Shown here piece by piece: positions 26,882-36,725 of a stretch of 64,000 nt of DNA. The stretch is from a virus. Under the pieces are notes generated by a model that made no database searches, had not been told where the DNA came from, and saw only the letters and a program-made list of their open reading frames with translations. The stretch is taken from IMG/VR virus record IMGVR_UViG_3300022927_000008, positions 45,774 to 109,773 of that record. One strand, written 5' to 3'. How positions within the stretch are numbered: position 1 is the stretch's first letter; the number at the start of each line of letters is the position of its first letter. A program made the position numbers and the translations under genes.

Positions 26882-28563
26882 AGTTTTACTTCTCCTCTAA
26901 TTACTTTATTCATATGTCTATTAGCACACAAAGCACTTTCTTGAATAATACGCTGACCAGATAGAGTGATTGCCTCACTAAGGATTACGTTACCGTATCT
27001 AAAACTACCAAGAGCAGTTGCACCATACAAGCTATTTAACAAAATTTTCATTGTGTGTTGACGTTGATGCCAAAACGCACCCTTTTCTTTATCACCAGCT
27101 TTATATGCTTTTTTCATATAACCTTTATATTCCACTCGCTCATCAAACCATTTAGCAAGTATAGTTGACAAAACAGAAGGCTTATCAGTTCTAAACATTA
27201 CACCATTAGCTGAGATGGCTAAGTTATTATTTTCTATAGTTTCAATAATTTTTTTACAGGGAATATAAGTTTGTTTACGTTGTAGGTTTTCAACACACAA
27301 TTCTTTATTAGGGTCCATTGCTTTAAGATCATTTAACCCTAAACGATTATTTCGATCATCAAACAAATCCATTACTCTACCAACATATGTTTCTTTACCA
27401 ATGTTAAGAGACATAATAATTGAAGGATACAGTGAAGTTAGATCCTCATCAAACATGTACTTATACAAACCTGCAGCAGGACAAAATAGATAACCACCTG
27501 CATAACCCTTTTTATGAATTGGATTTTTATCTCTAGAAGGTGGGACAATATTTTGTCCTAACAAATAAGCTGAAATTGCTCCGTCTTGGGTTTTAGTGTT
27601 TGCATAAACCTCTCCATAATTGTGTTTTCCTTTATGTGATAGGTTTTTTACAAGGCCAATATATTCAAATTTTTCATCTAGTGCCTTAAGTATTTCTACA
27701 TCTCGAAAGTTGTATTGAATAAACTTTTGGATATCATCTTCGAATAAACGATCTAGATTACCATCATATTCAACTTTACCTAAATTAACATATTTTTCTC
27801 CAATAGCATCTAGTCTCATTGAGGGTTCATCTCGGAAACTAAACTTTTTATGTAGTTTCATATAGTCTAGTGATTCAACTCCTGCAATATTGAGCCATCC
27901 GTTGCGGTTCCAAGCACTTTCGTCTTTTACAACATCTATAGGAGATAAGGCATTAGCAAAATCTTCACCTAGCACTCTACTAATCCTAAAATAAAGATAA
28001 GGAATATCAAAGTAATCACTATTCCATCCTACAAGGATGTCTGGGTTTATTTCTCTAAATTTTTCTATAAACTTACTAAGTAGTTCTTCTTCACTAGCAC
28101 AAGGGATAATTTCTTTGTGTCCCTTAGTATGTTTAATTTGATTCTTTTTATCTAAAATAAGAATTACCCATTCATCAGGTGTTTTATCATACCAAGCAAT
28201 TGAAGTTACAGGTTTAGGAGCTTCTTTAATATACTCTTCTGTAAGTGCTCCACCCATTTCAATCTCAATATCAAAAAATACTTCACGGTGTCCCTTAGAC
28301 ACTTCATCATTAGTTCCATATTTTTCAATAAGGAACTTTTGGTAAGCAGGCATGTCATGGAAGTGGAGGCCAGGGGTATCTTTGTCCCATTTATAGGTTT
28401 TCTTTAACCATTCCCCCTTCAAACCCTGGTATTGAGCTTCATTTTCAGAGCACTCAACATAAGCAGGATTGCTCCAAGGAATTATATTATAATTATCTTC
28501 TTCCCATAGATGTATCTTATACCGGTTTTTACCAGCATATTCAGCATAACATTTTTTGTACAT
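26878..28563 (-). CDS. family B DNA polymerase, N-terminal subunit (3'-5' exonuclease, motifs A and B)
   Basis: FFDIE, GWNSDYFD, YNFRDV, DLTSLYPS, KILLNSLYG. Confidence 0.95.
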   Translation of the reverse strand: MYKKCYAEYAGKNRYKIHLWEEDNYNIIPWSNPAYVECSENEAQYQGLKGEWLKKTYKWDKDTPGLHFHDMPAYQKFLIEKYGTNDEVSKGHREVFFDIEIEMGGALTEEYIKEAPKPVTSIAWYDKTPDEWVILILDKKNQIKHTKGHKEIIPCASEEELLSKFIEKFREINPDILVGWNSDYFDIPYLYFRISRVLGEDFANALSPIDVVKDESAWNRNGWLNIAGVESLDYMKLHKKFSFRDEPSMRLDAIGEKYVNLGKVEYDGNLDRLFEDDIQKFIQYNFRDVEILKALDEKFEYIGLVKNLSHKGKHNYGEVYANTKTQDGAISAYLLGQNIVPPSRDKNPIHKKGYAGGYLFCPAAGLYKYMFDEDLTSLYPSIIMSLNIGKETYVGRVMDLFDDRNNRLGLNDLKAMDPNKELCVENLQRKQTYIPCKKIIETIENNNLAISANGVMFRTDKPSVLSTILAKWFDERVEYKGYMKKAYKAGDKEKGAFWHQRQHTMKILLNSLYGATALGSFRYGNVILSEAITLSGQRIIQESALCANRHMNKVIRGEVKL

Positions 28564-28583
28564 AACTTAATTATAATCTATTG

Positions 28584-29621
28584 TTAACTCTGAGGATTTA
28601 GGGGGAATCTTCGTTTTTTTTTTGGGAGGGGTTGGGGTTTTGATGGAGGTGGAGTTTGAATTGTTGGTGGATTTGTTTGTGGGGAAGAAAATAGGGGTTT
28701 TTCTTTTTTAGTTTCCCCATATACTTCTAAGGGTTTTTCTTCTTTTACAACTTCTTCTTTATGTCTTTCAAAAGCTTGTTTTAAAGCTTCATTAGGTTCA
28801 TTTTCATCTTTATTTCTTAACTGTGCAAAAGCAAAGTTTGCAGCTACTACTAAAGATATGGCCAAAGGATCAAATACAAAAATTATTATTAAAAGAAGAT
28901 AATTTATTATTTTATCCATACCTAAGCCAGTTAAACCTGATAAGTATTTAAGGGGGCCTAGTTCACTAGCAACATCACTTCCAGTTTGGATGTTTACTAT
29001 TTCGGTTTCGTACTCAAATAATTGTTGATTTAAATCGTCTACTCTAGTATTAATTTGAATTTGACGTTCAATTGCCTGGTCGAGTTGTTTTTCTAGAGCT
29101 TTACGAGTTGAACTAGAAGTAGTTGTTATTATTTCACCCGTTTCAGGGTCTTTATACTGTATTATATTGTTAGATAAACCATCTCGCAATGAAGCCACAG
29201 CAGTATTAATAGAAGATTTTTCTTCATTATATACCGCTAATTGTTCTTTAACATTGTCCCTTTTAGTTTCTACAAGAGCAACTTGAGCATCAATGTTACC
29301 TGCTAAAGCAGCAGTTTCTTGATATGCTGAAGATAAAAAACCATAGATGCCTGCTGAGGTAATTAAAATAAGGACAAAACAAGCTATGCCTAGGTAAGTT
29401 CTAAGTCCTTTATTAATTGTGTCCCAATACTGATAGAGTAAGGAAGCAATTACTAGTTTAGCTACTTCTAAAGAACCTGCCATTATAAGCACTTCAGTTG
29501 AAGCACCAGCAAACAATTTACTTAATCCTGTAACTGAGTAAAATGCTGCTGATGCTGAAACTGATAGAGCGCTTAATGCTATAATGAAAGGAAATATTCT
29601 TTCTTGTAGCTTTTTAAGCAT
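28584..29621 (-). CDS. membrane protein with coiled coil
   Basis: N-terminal TM helices, coiled coil, IFVFDPLA TM segment. Confidence 0.75.
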   Translation of the reverse strand: MLKKLQERIFPFIIALSALSVSASAAFYSVTGLSKLFAGASTEVLIMAGSLEVAKLVIASLLYQYWDTINKGLRTYLGIACFVLILITSAGIYGFLSSAYQETAALAGNIDAQVALVETKRDNVKEQLAVYNEEKSSINTAVASLRDGLSNNIIQYKDPETGEIITTTSSSTRKALEKQLDQAIERQIQINTRVDDLNQQLFEYETEIVNIQTGSDVASELGPLKYLSGLTGLGMDKIINYLLLIIIFVFDPLAISLVVAANFAFAQLRNKDENEPNEALKQAFERHKEEVVKEEKPLEVYGETKKEKPLFSSPQTNPPTIQTPPPSKPQPLPKKKRRFPLNPQS

Positions 29622-29872
29622 TAGTTTTGATTATACATATCGAGGTAGGCTTGCTTTGAATGTACCCCCATTTTTCTAGTTACTTCATTACCCATACCAT
29701 CAATTAAAACTACAGCAGGGATACTTCTTATCCCATAGTGGCTTGATATTTCAGGACTATTGTCTATGTTTATTTTTTGAACGTTTGCTTCTTGGGCAAC
29801 TTCTTCCATTACAGGACCTAATACTTTACAAGGAGTGCACCAAGGGGCACTAAAATAAATTAATTTTTTCAT
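29621..29872 (-). CDS. thioredoxin
   Basis: WCTPC, IRSIP. Confidence 0.92.
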   Translation of the reverse strand: MKKLIYFSAPWCTPCKVLGPVMEEVAQEANVQKINIDNSPEISSHYGIRSIPAVVLIDGMGNEVTRKMGVHSKQAYLDMYNQN

Positions 29873-30120
29873 ACTAATTCTTCAATTATACCTACTACTT
29901 CACTTATTATAAGTAAAATAACAGCTGTTAACATATTAAAAGGAATAAAACCATACCCCAATATACGTATCCCTGATTTTATAAATGAGAGAACACGATG
30001 CCATTTTTGGTCTGGCATTTTGTCTATGTTTTTGGCTTTAGGGGTAGTTGTGAGAATTTTTTTATATCTAGTATGGGAGTAAGTATTTCCCTTTAGGGCT
30101 TCATTTAATCCATCACTCAT
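29869..30120 (-). CDS. small membrane protein
   Basis: SFIKSGIRILG...EVVGIIEELV. Confidence 0.65.
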   Translation of the reverse strand: MSDGLNEALKGNTYSHTRYKKILTTTPKAKNIDKMPDQKWHRVLSFIKSGIRILGYGFIPFNMLTAVILLIISEVVGIIEELV

Positions 30121-30623
30121 TTTAATTCATCTTTAGTAAAAAATTGTTTAAGATCGGGTCTAAAGTAATTTATATTTTTCATTACTTTACGATCACGCGA
30201 GCGGTAAACAATATACTTATCGCCAACCTTTTCATAATGGCAGGGTTCACCTTGCTCTTCGGATCTCTTTTCAACTGTTGCTCGTGCCTCATCTTCACTC
30301 GAGCAAGCTTTTGATAGGTTAGAGGCTTGAACTTCTTGATAGGCGGGCCAAATTTTATCCTTAAGGCCATGTAACATAACTCCATTCCCCAATGAGACGT
30401 AAGCAATGTCGCACAAAGCGTCCAAAACTTCAACGATGTCACCTCGTTGACATGCCTCTCTATATTCCTCAAGTTCCTCCAGTACGAAGTTGTAAACGAA
30501 CTCCCACTCTTTTGTTTCGGGTATAGTAGGTTCATAATTGTTTGGTTTATTCATTAATTGATTAAACTCTTCCACTTCATCAACAAAAGGGACTTTGGTA
30601 AATAACTCTAATTGTTCACTCAT
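30117..30623 (-). CDS. MazG-like / PRA-PH family NTP pyrophosphohydrolase
   Basis: EELEE, DALCD, EVQASNLSK, KVMK. Confidence 0.88.
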   Translation of the reverse strand: MSEQLELFTKVPFVDEVEEFNQLMNKPNNYEPTIPETKEWEFVYNFVLEELEEYREACQRGDIVEVLDALCDIAYVSLGNGVMLHGLKDKIWPAYQEVQASNLSKACSSEDEARATVEKRSEEQGEPCHYEKVGDKYIVYRSRDRKVMKNINYFRPDLKQFFTKDELK

Positions 30624-30628
30624 AACTA

Positions 30629-31324
30629 TTATATTTGATGCCCTCCGTTATTGATTTTTAAACTATCAAAAAACTCTTTACGGGCTTGATTACTATCATC
30701 TCTAAATACTCCACTTGCTTTAGTGGTAACCATCGCTGCACCTGAGTGCTTAATTCCTCTGCAACTTACACAGTTGTGGGTTGCAACTACAGTAACAATA
30801 ACCCCTAAATTACCTTCACATACTTTTTCTACACCTTGGTGAATAGCAGATGTAAGCTGTTCTTGGATTGCTCCTCTACGACCAAAGTGTTCTACAATCC
30901 GGTTTAATTTAGACAAACCAATTACTCTTCCTTCTGCACCTGCAACGTAACCAATATGAACAACTCCATGAATAGTTTGGTGATGATGGGAACACATACT
31001 AGTAAGGGGAATATTACGTTCAATGACGATACCGTCATAACCATCACTAGGAAAAGACGTAATATCAGTGAATCCATCATACCTACCCGCCCATAAATCA
31101 TTTACATATGCCTTTGCTACTCGTTTTGGGGTTTCCATTGAATTGGGATCATTTCTCCAATCACATTTTAAAGCATCTAGAAACCTACTATAGGCATCTG
31201 CTGCTTCATTAATCATAACTTCTTTTTCATGGGGGGTAAGTGGACGATCCATTGCAGCCCCATTTGCATAACCTGTAGGTACACACTCAATATCGTTGTG
31301 TAACTTTCTTCGTTTGTTTTCCAT
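30629..31324 (-). CDS. folE: GTP cyclohydrolase I
   Basis: ETPKRVAK, SMCSHH, GLSKLNR, QE, HNCVSCRG. Confidence 0.97.
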   Translation of the reverse strand: MENKRRKLHNDIECVPTGYANGAAMDRPLTPHEKEVMINEAADAYSRFLDALKCDWRNDPNSMETPKRVAKAYVNDLWAGRYDGFTDITSFPSDGYDGIVIERNIPLTSMCSHHHQTIHGVVHIGYVAGAEGRVIGLSKLNRIVEHFGRRGAIQEQLTSAIHQGVEKVCEGNLGVIVTVVATHNCVSCRGIKHSGAAMVTTKASGVFRDDSNQARKEFFDSLKINNGGHQI

Positions 31325-31836
31325 TATATAGTATAAATTGTACTTAAATTTCTATTGTGGCCCTTATCATCATCCATACCATAACCTATATACCAAGGAT
31401 CAAATACAGAATCAGTAGGTTGGTATAAGATATGATAAACTTTATCAAAATCCCCGCTTTCCTTATAAATTGCTACAACAGGAGTAACTGTTTTTGGTTC
31501 TTTAACTGAGAGGAATTTAGAGACTGCTTTCATAGTATTACCTGAATCTAAAATATCGTCTACAAGATAAACATGTTTGCCTTTAATTTTAGTTTCTAAG
31601 TCTTTACTAACTACTAAATCACCTTGTTTTCTACCAAAGTAAGATTTGCAACGAATAAAATCTATTTCAATAGGGATTGTAATTTGTTTTACCAAATCAC
31701 TAAAGAACATAAATCCACCATTTAGTATACAAACTAATACTACAGGGGTAGGATCATCTTTATGTTCGTCATTAATTTTTTTAGCTATTAACTTTAATTT
31801 AAAGTCTAAGTCTTTTTCACTTATTGCTTGTTCCAT
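31324..31836 (-). CDS. hpt: hypoxanthine-guanine phosphoribosyltransferase-like protein
   Basis: ILNGGFMF, LVDDILDSGNT (PRPP loop), IGYGMD. Confidence 0.9.
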   Translation of the reverse strand: MEQAISEKDLDFKLKLIAKKINDEHKDDPTPVVLVCILNGGFMFFSDLVKQITIPIEIDFIRCKSYFGRKQGDLVVSKDLETKIKGKHVYLVDDILDSGNTMKAVSKFLSVKEPKTVTPVVAIYKESGDFDKVYHILYQPTDSVFDPWYIGYGMDDDKGHNRNLSTIYTI

Positions 31837-31856
31837 TTTACTAAAATATAAAATTT

Positions 31857-31888
31857 AGAGGGCTACTCCCCGTTAAGGGAGTAGCCTT
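31857..31888 (-). terminator. probable intrinsic terminator hairpin
   Basis: GGCTACTCCC-N6-GGGAGTAGCC 10-bp stem after the OMP gene; weak U-tract. Confidence 0.65.
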
Positions 31889-31916
31889 CTTATTTACAAT
31901 TAACCTTGAGATTATT

Positions 31917-32399
31917 TTAGAATTTTAGGCCAAACCCAATTCTCAAGTTAGCGGTTCCATCTGTAGTGTTATAAACTACACGAGGGTCTAAGTACATATT
32001 ATTAGTAGTAGTAGTAAACAATTTACCAACACCAATATTTAGTCCAAAGTCGGTTGTTAGGTTTTGAGTACCAATGTACCCAAAAAAACCTTTGTAAAAA
32101 TAACGAGCATGGACATCTAAATTCAAATCACCTGCTACAGTAGCACCTGTGCTATCAGTAGTGGTTCCTTGATTTAAAGAAAATCCTGCCATAACGTCAT
32201 CAGTAAAAGCATACCCTACAGTGGGGGTAAGCATCCACTGAGTCCATGCAGTATTAGAGATGTCACCAGTACCTATGTACCAATCTCCTTTAGCGTTATC
32301 GTGGTTGTGGGTTTCACAACACGTAGTAGTATCACCTTGGGCGGCAGCAAATGAAGTTGCTCCCAAGATTAATGTAAGAGTTAAAAATAAATTTTTCAT
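31917..32399 (-). CDS. small outer-membrane beta-barrel protein
   Basis: Signal peptide MKNLFLTL...AAA; amphipathic strands; terminal Phe (GFGLKF). Confidence 0.8.
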   Translation of the reverse strand: MKNLFLTLTLILGATSFAAAQGDTTTCCETHNHDNAKGDWYIGTGDISNTAWTQWMLTPTVGYAFTDDVMAGFSLNQGTTTDSTGATVAGDLNLDVHARYFYKGFFGYIGTQNLTTDFGLNIGVGKLFTTTTNNMYLDPRVVYNTTDGTANLRIGFGLKF

Positions 32400-32442
32400 A
32401 TTAAATTTGGTTTTATATATATATGTAACGTGGTTAATTGTA

Positions 32443-33051
32443 TTATGTAATATCGTCTGATTCAATTAGGGTATATGTAAATGAATTACCCCAAATGTCT
32501 CTAGATTGTCTAACAAGGCCCATAAAATCTTGCCAATCATCATTAGAAGCAATTACTTGGCAACCTGCAGACCATTTATCGATTTGAGTAGAAGTTTTAC
32601 CTTCATATTTAGTTGCTCGGTGAATGTTAATTCCAAAAATACCTTTTTCAATATTTTCTTCATCTAGATCATAACAAACATCTAAGTTATTATCCCTGTA
32701 AACTTGTACAGGTTTTACTTGACGTAGTGCTTCGTATTTACCTTGGTGCAACCCAATTTGGTAAGTACTTCTATACTGATTAGGCTTTAAAATAGCAACA
32801 CCTGATTCTTTCATAATATTTTCAACCCAATACTTGCCTGGGTCGGTTGTGCATCCGAAGCAACTATAATTCCACATACCATCTACCTTATAGGAGACAG
32901 TCATGTAGTCATCAAATTTATTAGTTACTTCGTTTAATGTTTCAGAGTTTCTAACTCCTACTATGTTTAAATTGTAATCTCCACTTTCAAACCATTTGTA
33001 TTCTTTAGACTTGACTGCGGTTTCAATTTGTTCTCTTGTTGGACAATTCAT
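32443..33051 (-). CDS. putative endolysin / L,D-peptidase-like cell-wall hydrolase
   Basis: GINIHRA...WSAGCQV His/Cys motif; YTL C-terminus. Confidence 0.7.
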   Translation of the reverse strand: MNCPTREQIETAVKSKEYKWFESGDYNLNIVGVRNSETLNEVTNKFDDYMTVSYKVDGMWNYSCFGCTTDPGKYWVENIMKESGVAILKPNQYRSTYQIGLHQGKYEALRQVKPVQVYRDNNLDVCYDLDEENIEKGIFGINIHRATKYEGKTSTQIDKWSAGCQVIASNDDWQDFMGLVRQSRDIWGNSFTYTLIESDDIT

Positions 33052-33144
33052 TTTTTATCATTTTTATTCTTAATAATAGATACTATAGACAAAACTACAA
33101 TTGTAAATGTCATAGCTATAAATAAAGTATCTACTAAAGAAATG

Positions 33145-34083
33145 TTAAAGTACATAATGTATTAATAATACTATTGCTACTGATACCATTAATCCTACTA
33201 ATAATTTTAGGAAATCTTTAGCTACAATAGGGAATACTTGCTTAAGATTACCCTTTTTAGTAAGGTATGTATTCAATGCTAACTCTCTACCACACAACAA
33301 TCCAACAAATACCCAGGTAGTTGACATAGGAATGTTATTTATTTGTTTAAAATAAAGTAATAGGAAAGCATACACTAAATCAATTAAAGTAGCTGATCTA
33401 ACATATTTTGTATTTTGTTTGTCTAAGACAATTTGTTGTATTTTACCTCCTTGTTGATAAAAAATCCATCCTAGACCTGCTGTAAAGAAGGTAATTACTC
33501 CTATAAGCTCTACAACTGAAAGTTGGCGAGGGAGGAATACAGCAATATTAGCTACATCATGAGACAACCAAGTAAACCATAGGAATCCTGTAGTGAACCA
33601 TTGTCCTATTCTCCAATATTTTTTATTTTCTTCCTTAATATCTTTATTTTCATCAAAGAAATTAGAGATAATAAACCAAAGGGTATATGCTACTATTGCT
33701 GCTAATCCGTAACCCACTACACTTTTAAGTAGCATTTTTTCAAGTACAAAAGTAGAGGCGAATGCTGAGAGTACAAGGAATGAAGTAGATACAGGAATAC
33801 CTTTTCTAGTAAGTGCAACTAGTGCTAAAGGTGCTAGTGCATGATACCACTGTACTTCTTGGAATGGTATTTTAGTTAATCTTCCATATGATATATCTCC
33901 ATCATAGGCATACCACCCATAAACCATAGTACCTATCATTACTGCAGAAGCTGCAGCCCACATAACGTACCATTTAAATTTTTCTCTGTTAGAGGCAATC
34001 CAAGTGCCTAGTGTTTGAACGCTGTCGTTAGCGATAACTGAATAACCGGCAAGGCAAAACCCTACCATTGCTAATAAACTCAT
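33145..34083 (-). CDS. PiT/PHO4-like inorganic phosphate transporter
   Basis: ANDSVQ, GIPVSTS, HDVANIA, IPMSTT repeat signatures; about 10 TM segments. Confidence 0.8.
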   Translation of the reverse strand: MSLLAMVGFCLAGYSVIANDSVQTLGTWIASNREKFKWYVMWAAASAVMIGTMVYGWYAYDGDISYGRLTKIPFQEVQWYHALAPLALVALTRKGIPVSTSFLVLSAFASTFVLEKMLLKSVVGYGLAAIVAYTLWFIISNFFDENKDIKEENKKYWRIGQWFTTGFLWFTWLSHDVANIAVFLPRQLSVVELIGVITFFTAGLGWIFYQQGGKIQQIVLDKQNTKYVRSATLIDLVYAFLLLYFKQINNIPMSTTWVFVGLLCGRELALNTYLTKKGNLKQVFPIVAKDFLKLLVGLMVSVAIVLLIHYVL

Positions 34084-34092
34084 TTTGTTGTG

Positions 34093-34536
34093 TTAAATTT
34101 TAATTGAAATTCTAAATCGTATTGTGTTTGAAGTATCCCATCCTACTCTATAAACGTAGTTTTTATATGGAATATCTGTTGCTATTGCAAAATTATATAT
34201 TTCGTCGAACCAAAATTCTTGTTGTACCCAAAGTTTAAATTTTTCAAACTTATAAATTAAACGTGGTTCCCAAGTAGGTTCGTTTTTTTCTCTTTTGTAG
34301 TGAAGTGGGACACTAAATACTACTTTGTCTGTTACTTTAAAATTGTGTCTATAAGTAAATCGATTTTCACCTAAATCAGTTTTATGTCTTAATTCAAGTC
34401 CACCTTTATTGTGTATTTTATGACTTATAGTAAGGTATGATTTACCGTTTGTTCTTAACTCATATCCTATTTTTTGGGAATGGCAAACGCTTGCTATTAT
34501 AAGAACTAAATTAAATAATATAAATAAATGTTTCAT
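34093..34536 (-). CDS. secreted small beta-barrel-like outer-membrane protein
   Basis: Signal peptide and alternating beta-strand pattern. Confidence 0.6.
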   Translation of the reverse strand: MKHLFILFNLVLIIASVCHSQKIGYELRTNGKSYLTISHKIHNKGGLELRHKTDLGENRFTYRHNFKVTDKVVFSVPLHYKREKNEPTWEPRLIYKFEKFKLWVQQEFWFDEIYNFAIATDIPYKNYVYRVGWDTSNTIRFRISIKI

Positions 34537-34538
34537 GC

Positions 34539-35198
34539 TTATACGTATCCTAAAGCGTTCGAGATCACTGGGAATTTGTTTATAAAGTGTTTTTTAATCT
34601 CTTTAGCTACTAATTGGATTTCTTTTTGAGCATGTTCATCATCTCTTAGTTCAAGAAAATGAATCCAACTACGAATACTACCTGTCATATGAATTTTAGT
34701 AGTTGTAGCAAGTGGAAGAACCATACGTGCTTGTTCACGAGCTACTCCTGCTTCTAAAAGCTCATTATATAAAGCATGAGTTCTTTTTAAATGAGCATCT
34801 ATAACTTCAGATGCTTTACCTTTAAAATAACTTTGATTGTTATTAAAAATTTCAGGATTAATTATTTCTGTTGAACTTTGTCTATTATCTTCACATTGTG
34901 CTCTTAGTTCAATAGGTTCAAACATACCTTCAAGCTTGTTAACATCTTGGTATCGTTGGCTAAACTCTTGAAATGAAAATGAACGGTGTCTGATTAATTG
35001 TATACCTATTGCTTTTGATGTTTCGATTTCAAAAGTAACATGTCCATGTTCAAATGGAGACCAATGTTTATGTTTAATTAGGTAATTAAGAAGACCTTCA
35101 GGTTTGCTTTTTTTGTCTTTACGTGAGCTAGATACACGTGCTACTTCTACTATATGCTCTTCAGCATTTGGTGTAACATTTAATAGCGTAACTTTCAT
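34539..35198 (-). CDS. thyX: FAD-dependent thymidylate synthase
   Basis: HWSPFE, RHRSFSFQEFSQRY, HAQKEI. Confidence 0.97.
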   Translation of the reverse strand: MKVTLLNVTPNAEEHIVEVARVSSSRKDKKSKPEGLLNYLIKHKHWSPFEHGHVTFEIETSKAIGIQLIRHRSFSFQEFSQRYQDVNKLEGMFEPIELRAQCEDNRQSSTEIINPEIFNNNQSYFKGKASEVIDAHLKRTHALYNELLEAGVAREQARMVLPLATTTKIHMTGSIRSWIHFLELRDDEHAQKEIQLVAKEIKKHFINKFPVISNALGYV

Positions 35199-35249
35199 TT
35201 GGTTAATAAATTTGATATAACTTTACGAACAATTTTTGAAAAAACCAAG

Positions 35250-36725
35250 TTAACGTAAAATTATAACGTGTCCTCTTAATTCTTTTACTTCAGCTGTCCC
35301 TACTTTCCTTGCTTGGAACCACCACAAATACATTTCATTTTGTACATAATAATCACCCCCTCTAAAATTACCATTCCAAACTAAGTTATTTACATCATAA
35401 GATTCCCATACTATATTTCCCCATCTACTTATTACTTGAACCTTAACATCAGTCCAACATTCAGGATCTAGTACTATCTCCCACCCATCATTATACCCAT
35501 CATTATCTGGGGTGAAGGCGTTAGGAATGTAAACATTACATTCTTTATTCCTAATTTCACTACAAGGTAAACCTGTTTCACAATCTATTTCTACAAACTC
35601 ATATATAGTAACTGTATCACTTTGTATTATATAAATTGTATCTACAGAATAGATGTATTCTGTTTCAATTACAGTATCAGTTACAAAAATAAATTCTGTC
35701 TCAGTTACAGTAATTGTATCTGTTATAAATATAGTTTCAGTAACTGTGTCCGGGGGTAGTTCTATATAGAGTGTATCAATTTCAGTTACAATAATTGTAT
35801 CGGGAGGTAGCTCTATATAAAGTGTATCAATTTCAGTTACAGTAATAATAAGAGTATCTATTTCATATATAGTATCAGGGGGTAGTTCTATGTAAACAGT
35901 ATCACACTCAACTTCTTCAGGACAATCAAAAGCATTAAAATAAAAATCCCAATAACCGTCTGAGTTTTGGTATTCATTACATAGTTCTTCACCATTAGGA
36001 GTATCACAATAAATACAAAACCCACCTGGTTCAAACCATTGGTTGTTGTAATTACAAGCTATTGGGTTATTACATTCATCTAATATTAATGGTTCTTCGG
36101 GTTCCTCGCAAGGTCCTACGATTATCCAATTGTCTAAAAAGTTAGTATCTTCATACAACCCACTCCCATAACTGGTCCCATCACCATTTGCCCCTACTTC
36201 TGCCCAACCCCCATCTTCAGCATACATTGTAGGCCCATAGCTAATCTGCCATATTACTGCTTGAATGCTATAACCTTCATCATACCAATATTGTAAATTA
36301 TTGGCAAGTTGAGAAGTTGTATTGATATTTGTTGATTGATAAACATTATCCAAAGGAAAAGTTAAAGTATCCCCCGTATAGTAAGGGGGTTGTAATTCAG
36401 GACCATAGTTATTAGTCCAATTACCAAATATTTCAGTTGTAGTAGCTGAGTATAACCATCCAGGATGATTACTGTTATCAGGGATAGATATTCCACTAGG
36501 GAAATCCCAACCAATATTCATAGCATTACAGTTACTATCTATTGCTTGAAACCCAAATTGAATTTCAGATATACCATCAGGCCCACCTGTCCCCCCACAG
36601 TTATTTGTATTGTTAAAAGCTACAGTAATTGTAGCATCATTAACATTAAAATCAAGTATTTCAAGATCACATTGTCCTAATATACTAAATGGTAAAAAAA
36701 GTAAAGCTAATAATAATTTCTTCAT
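35250..36725 (-). CDS. secreted protein with T9SS type-B (gliding motility-associated) C-terminal domain
   Basis: Signal peptide; repeated DTxYIELPPDT stalk; YIPNAFTPDNDGYND...SRWG...WNG...ILR. Confidence 0.85.
   Translation of the reverse strand: MKKLLLALLFLPFSILGQCDLEILDFNVNDATITVAFNNTNNCGGTGGPDGISEIQFGFQAIDSNCNAMNIGWDFPSGISIPDNSNHPGWLYSATTTEIFGNWTNNYGPELQPPYYTGDTLTFPLDNVYQSTNINTTSQLANNLQYWYDEGYSIQAVIWQISYGPTMYAEDGGWAEVGANGDGTSYGSGLYEDTNFLDNWIIVGPCEEPEEPLILDECNNPIACNYNNQWFEPGGFCIYCDTPNGEELCNEYQNSDGYWDFYFNAFDCPEEVECDTVYIELPPDTIYEIDTLIITVTEIDTLYIELPPDTIIVTEIDTLYIELPPDTVTETIFITDTITVTETEFIFVTDTVIETEYIYSVDTIYIIQSDTVTIYEFVEIDCETGLPCSEIRNKECNVYIPNAFTPDNDGYNDGWEIVLDPECWTDVKVQVISRWGNIVWESYDVNNLVWNGNFRGGDYYVQNEMYLWWFQARKVGTAEVKELRGHVIILR

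Noticed and set aside
26870-26900. Programmed frameshift, intron or intein joining the polymerase halves
   Set aside because: No slippery heptamer, intervening sequence or intein termini; an ATGA overlap with upstream AGGAG fits translational coupling better.
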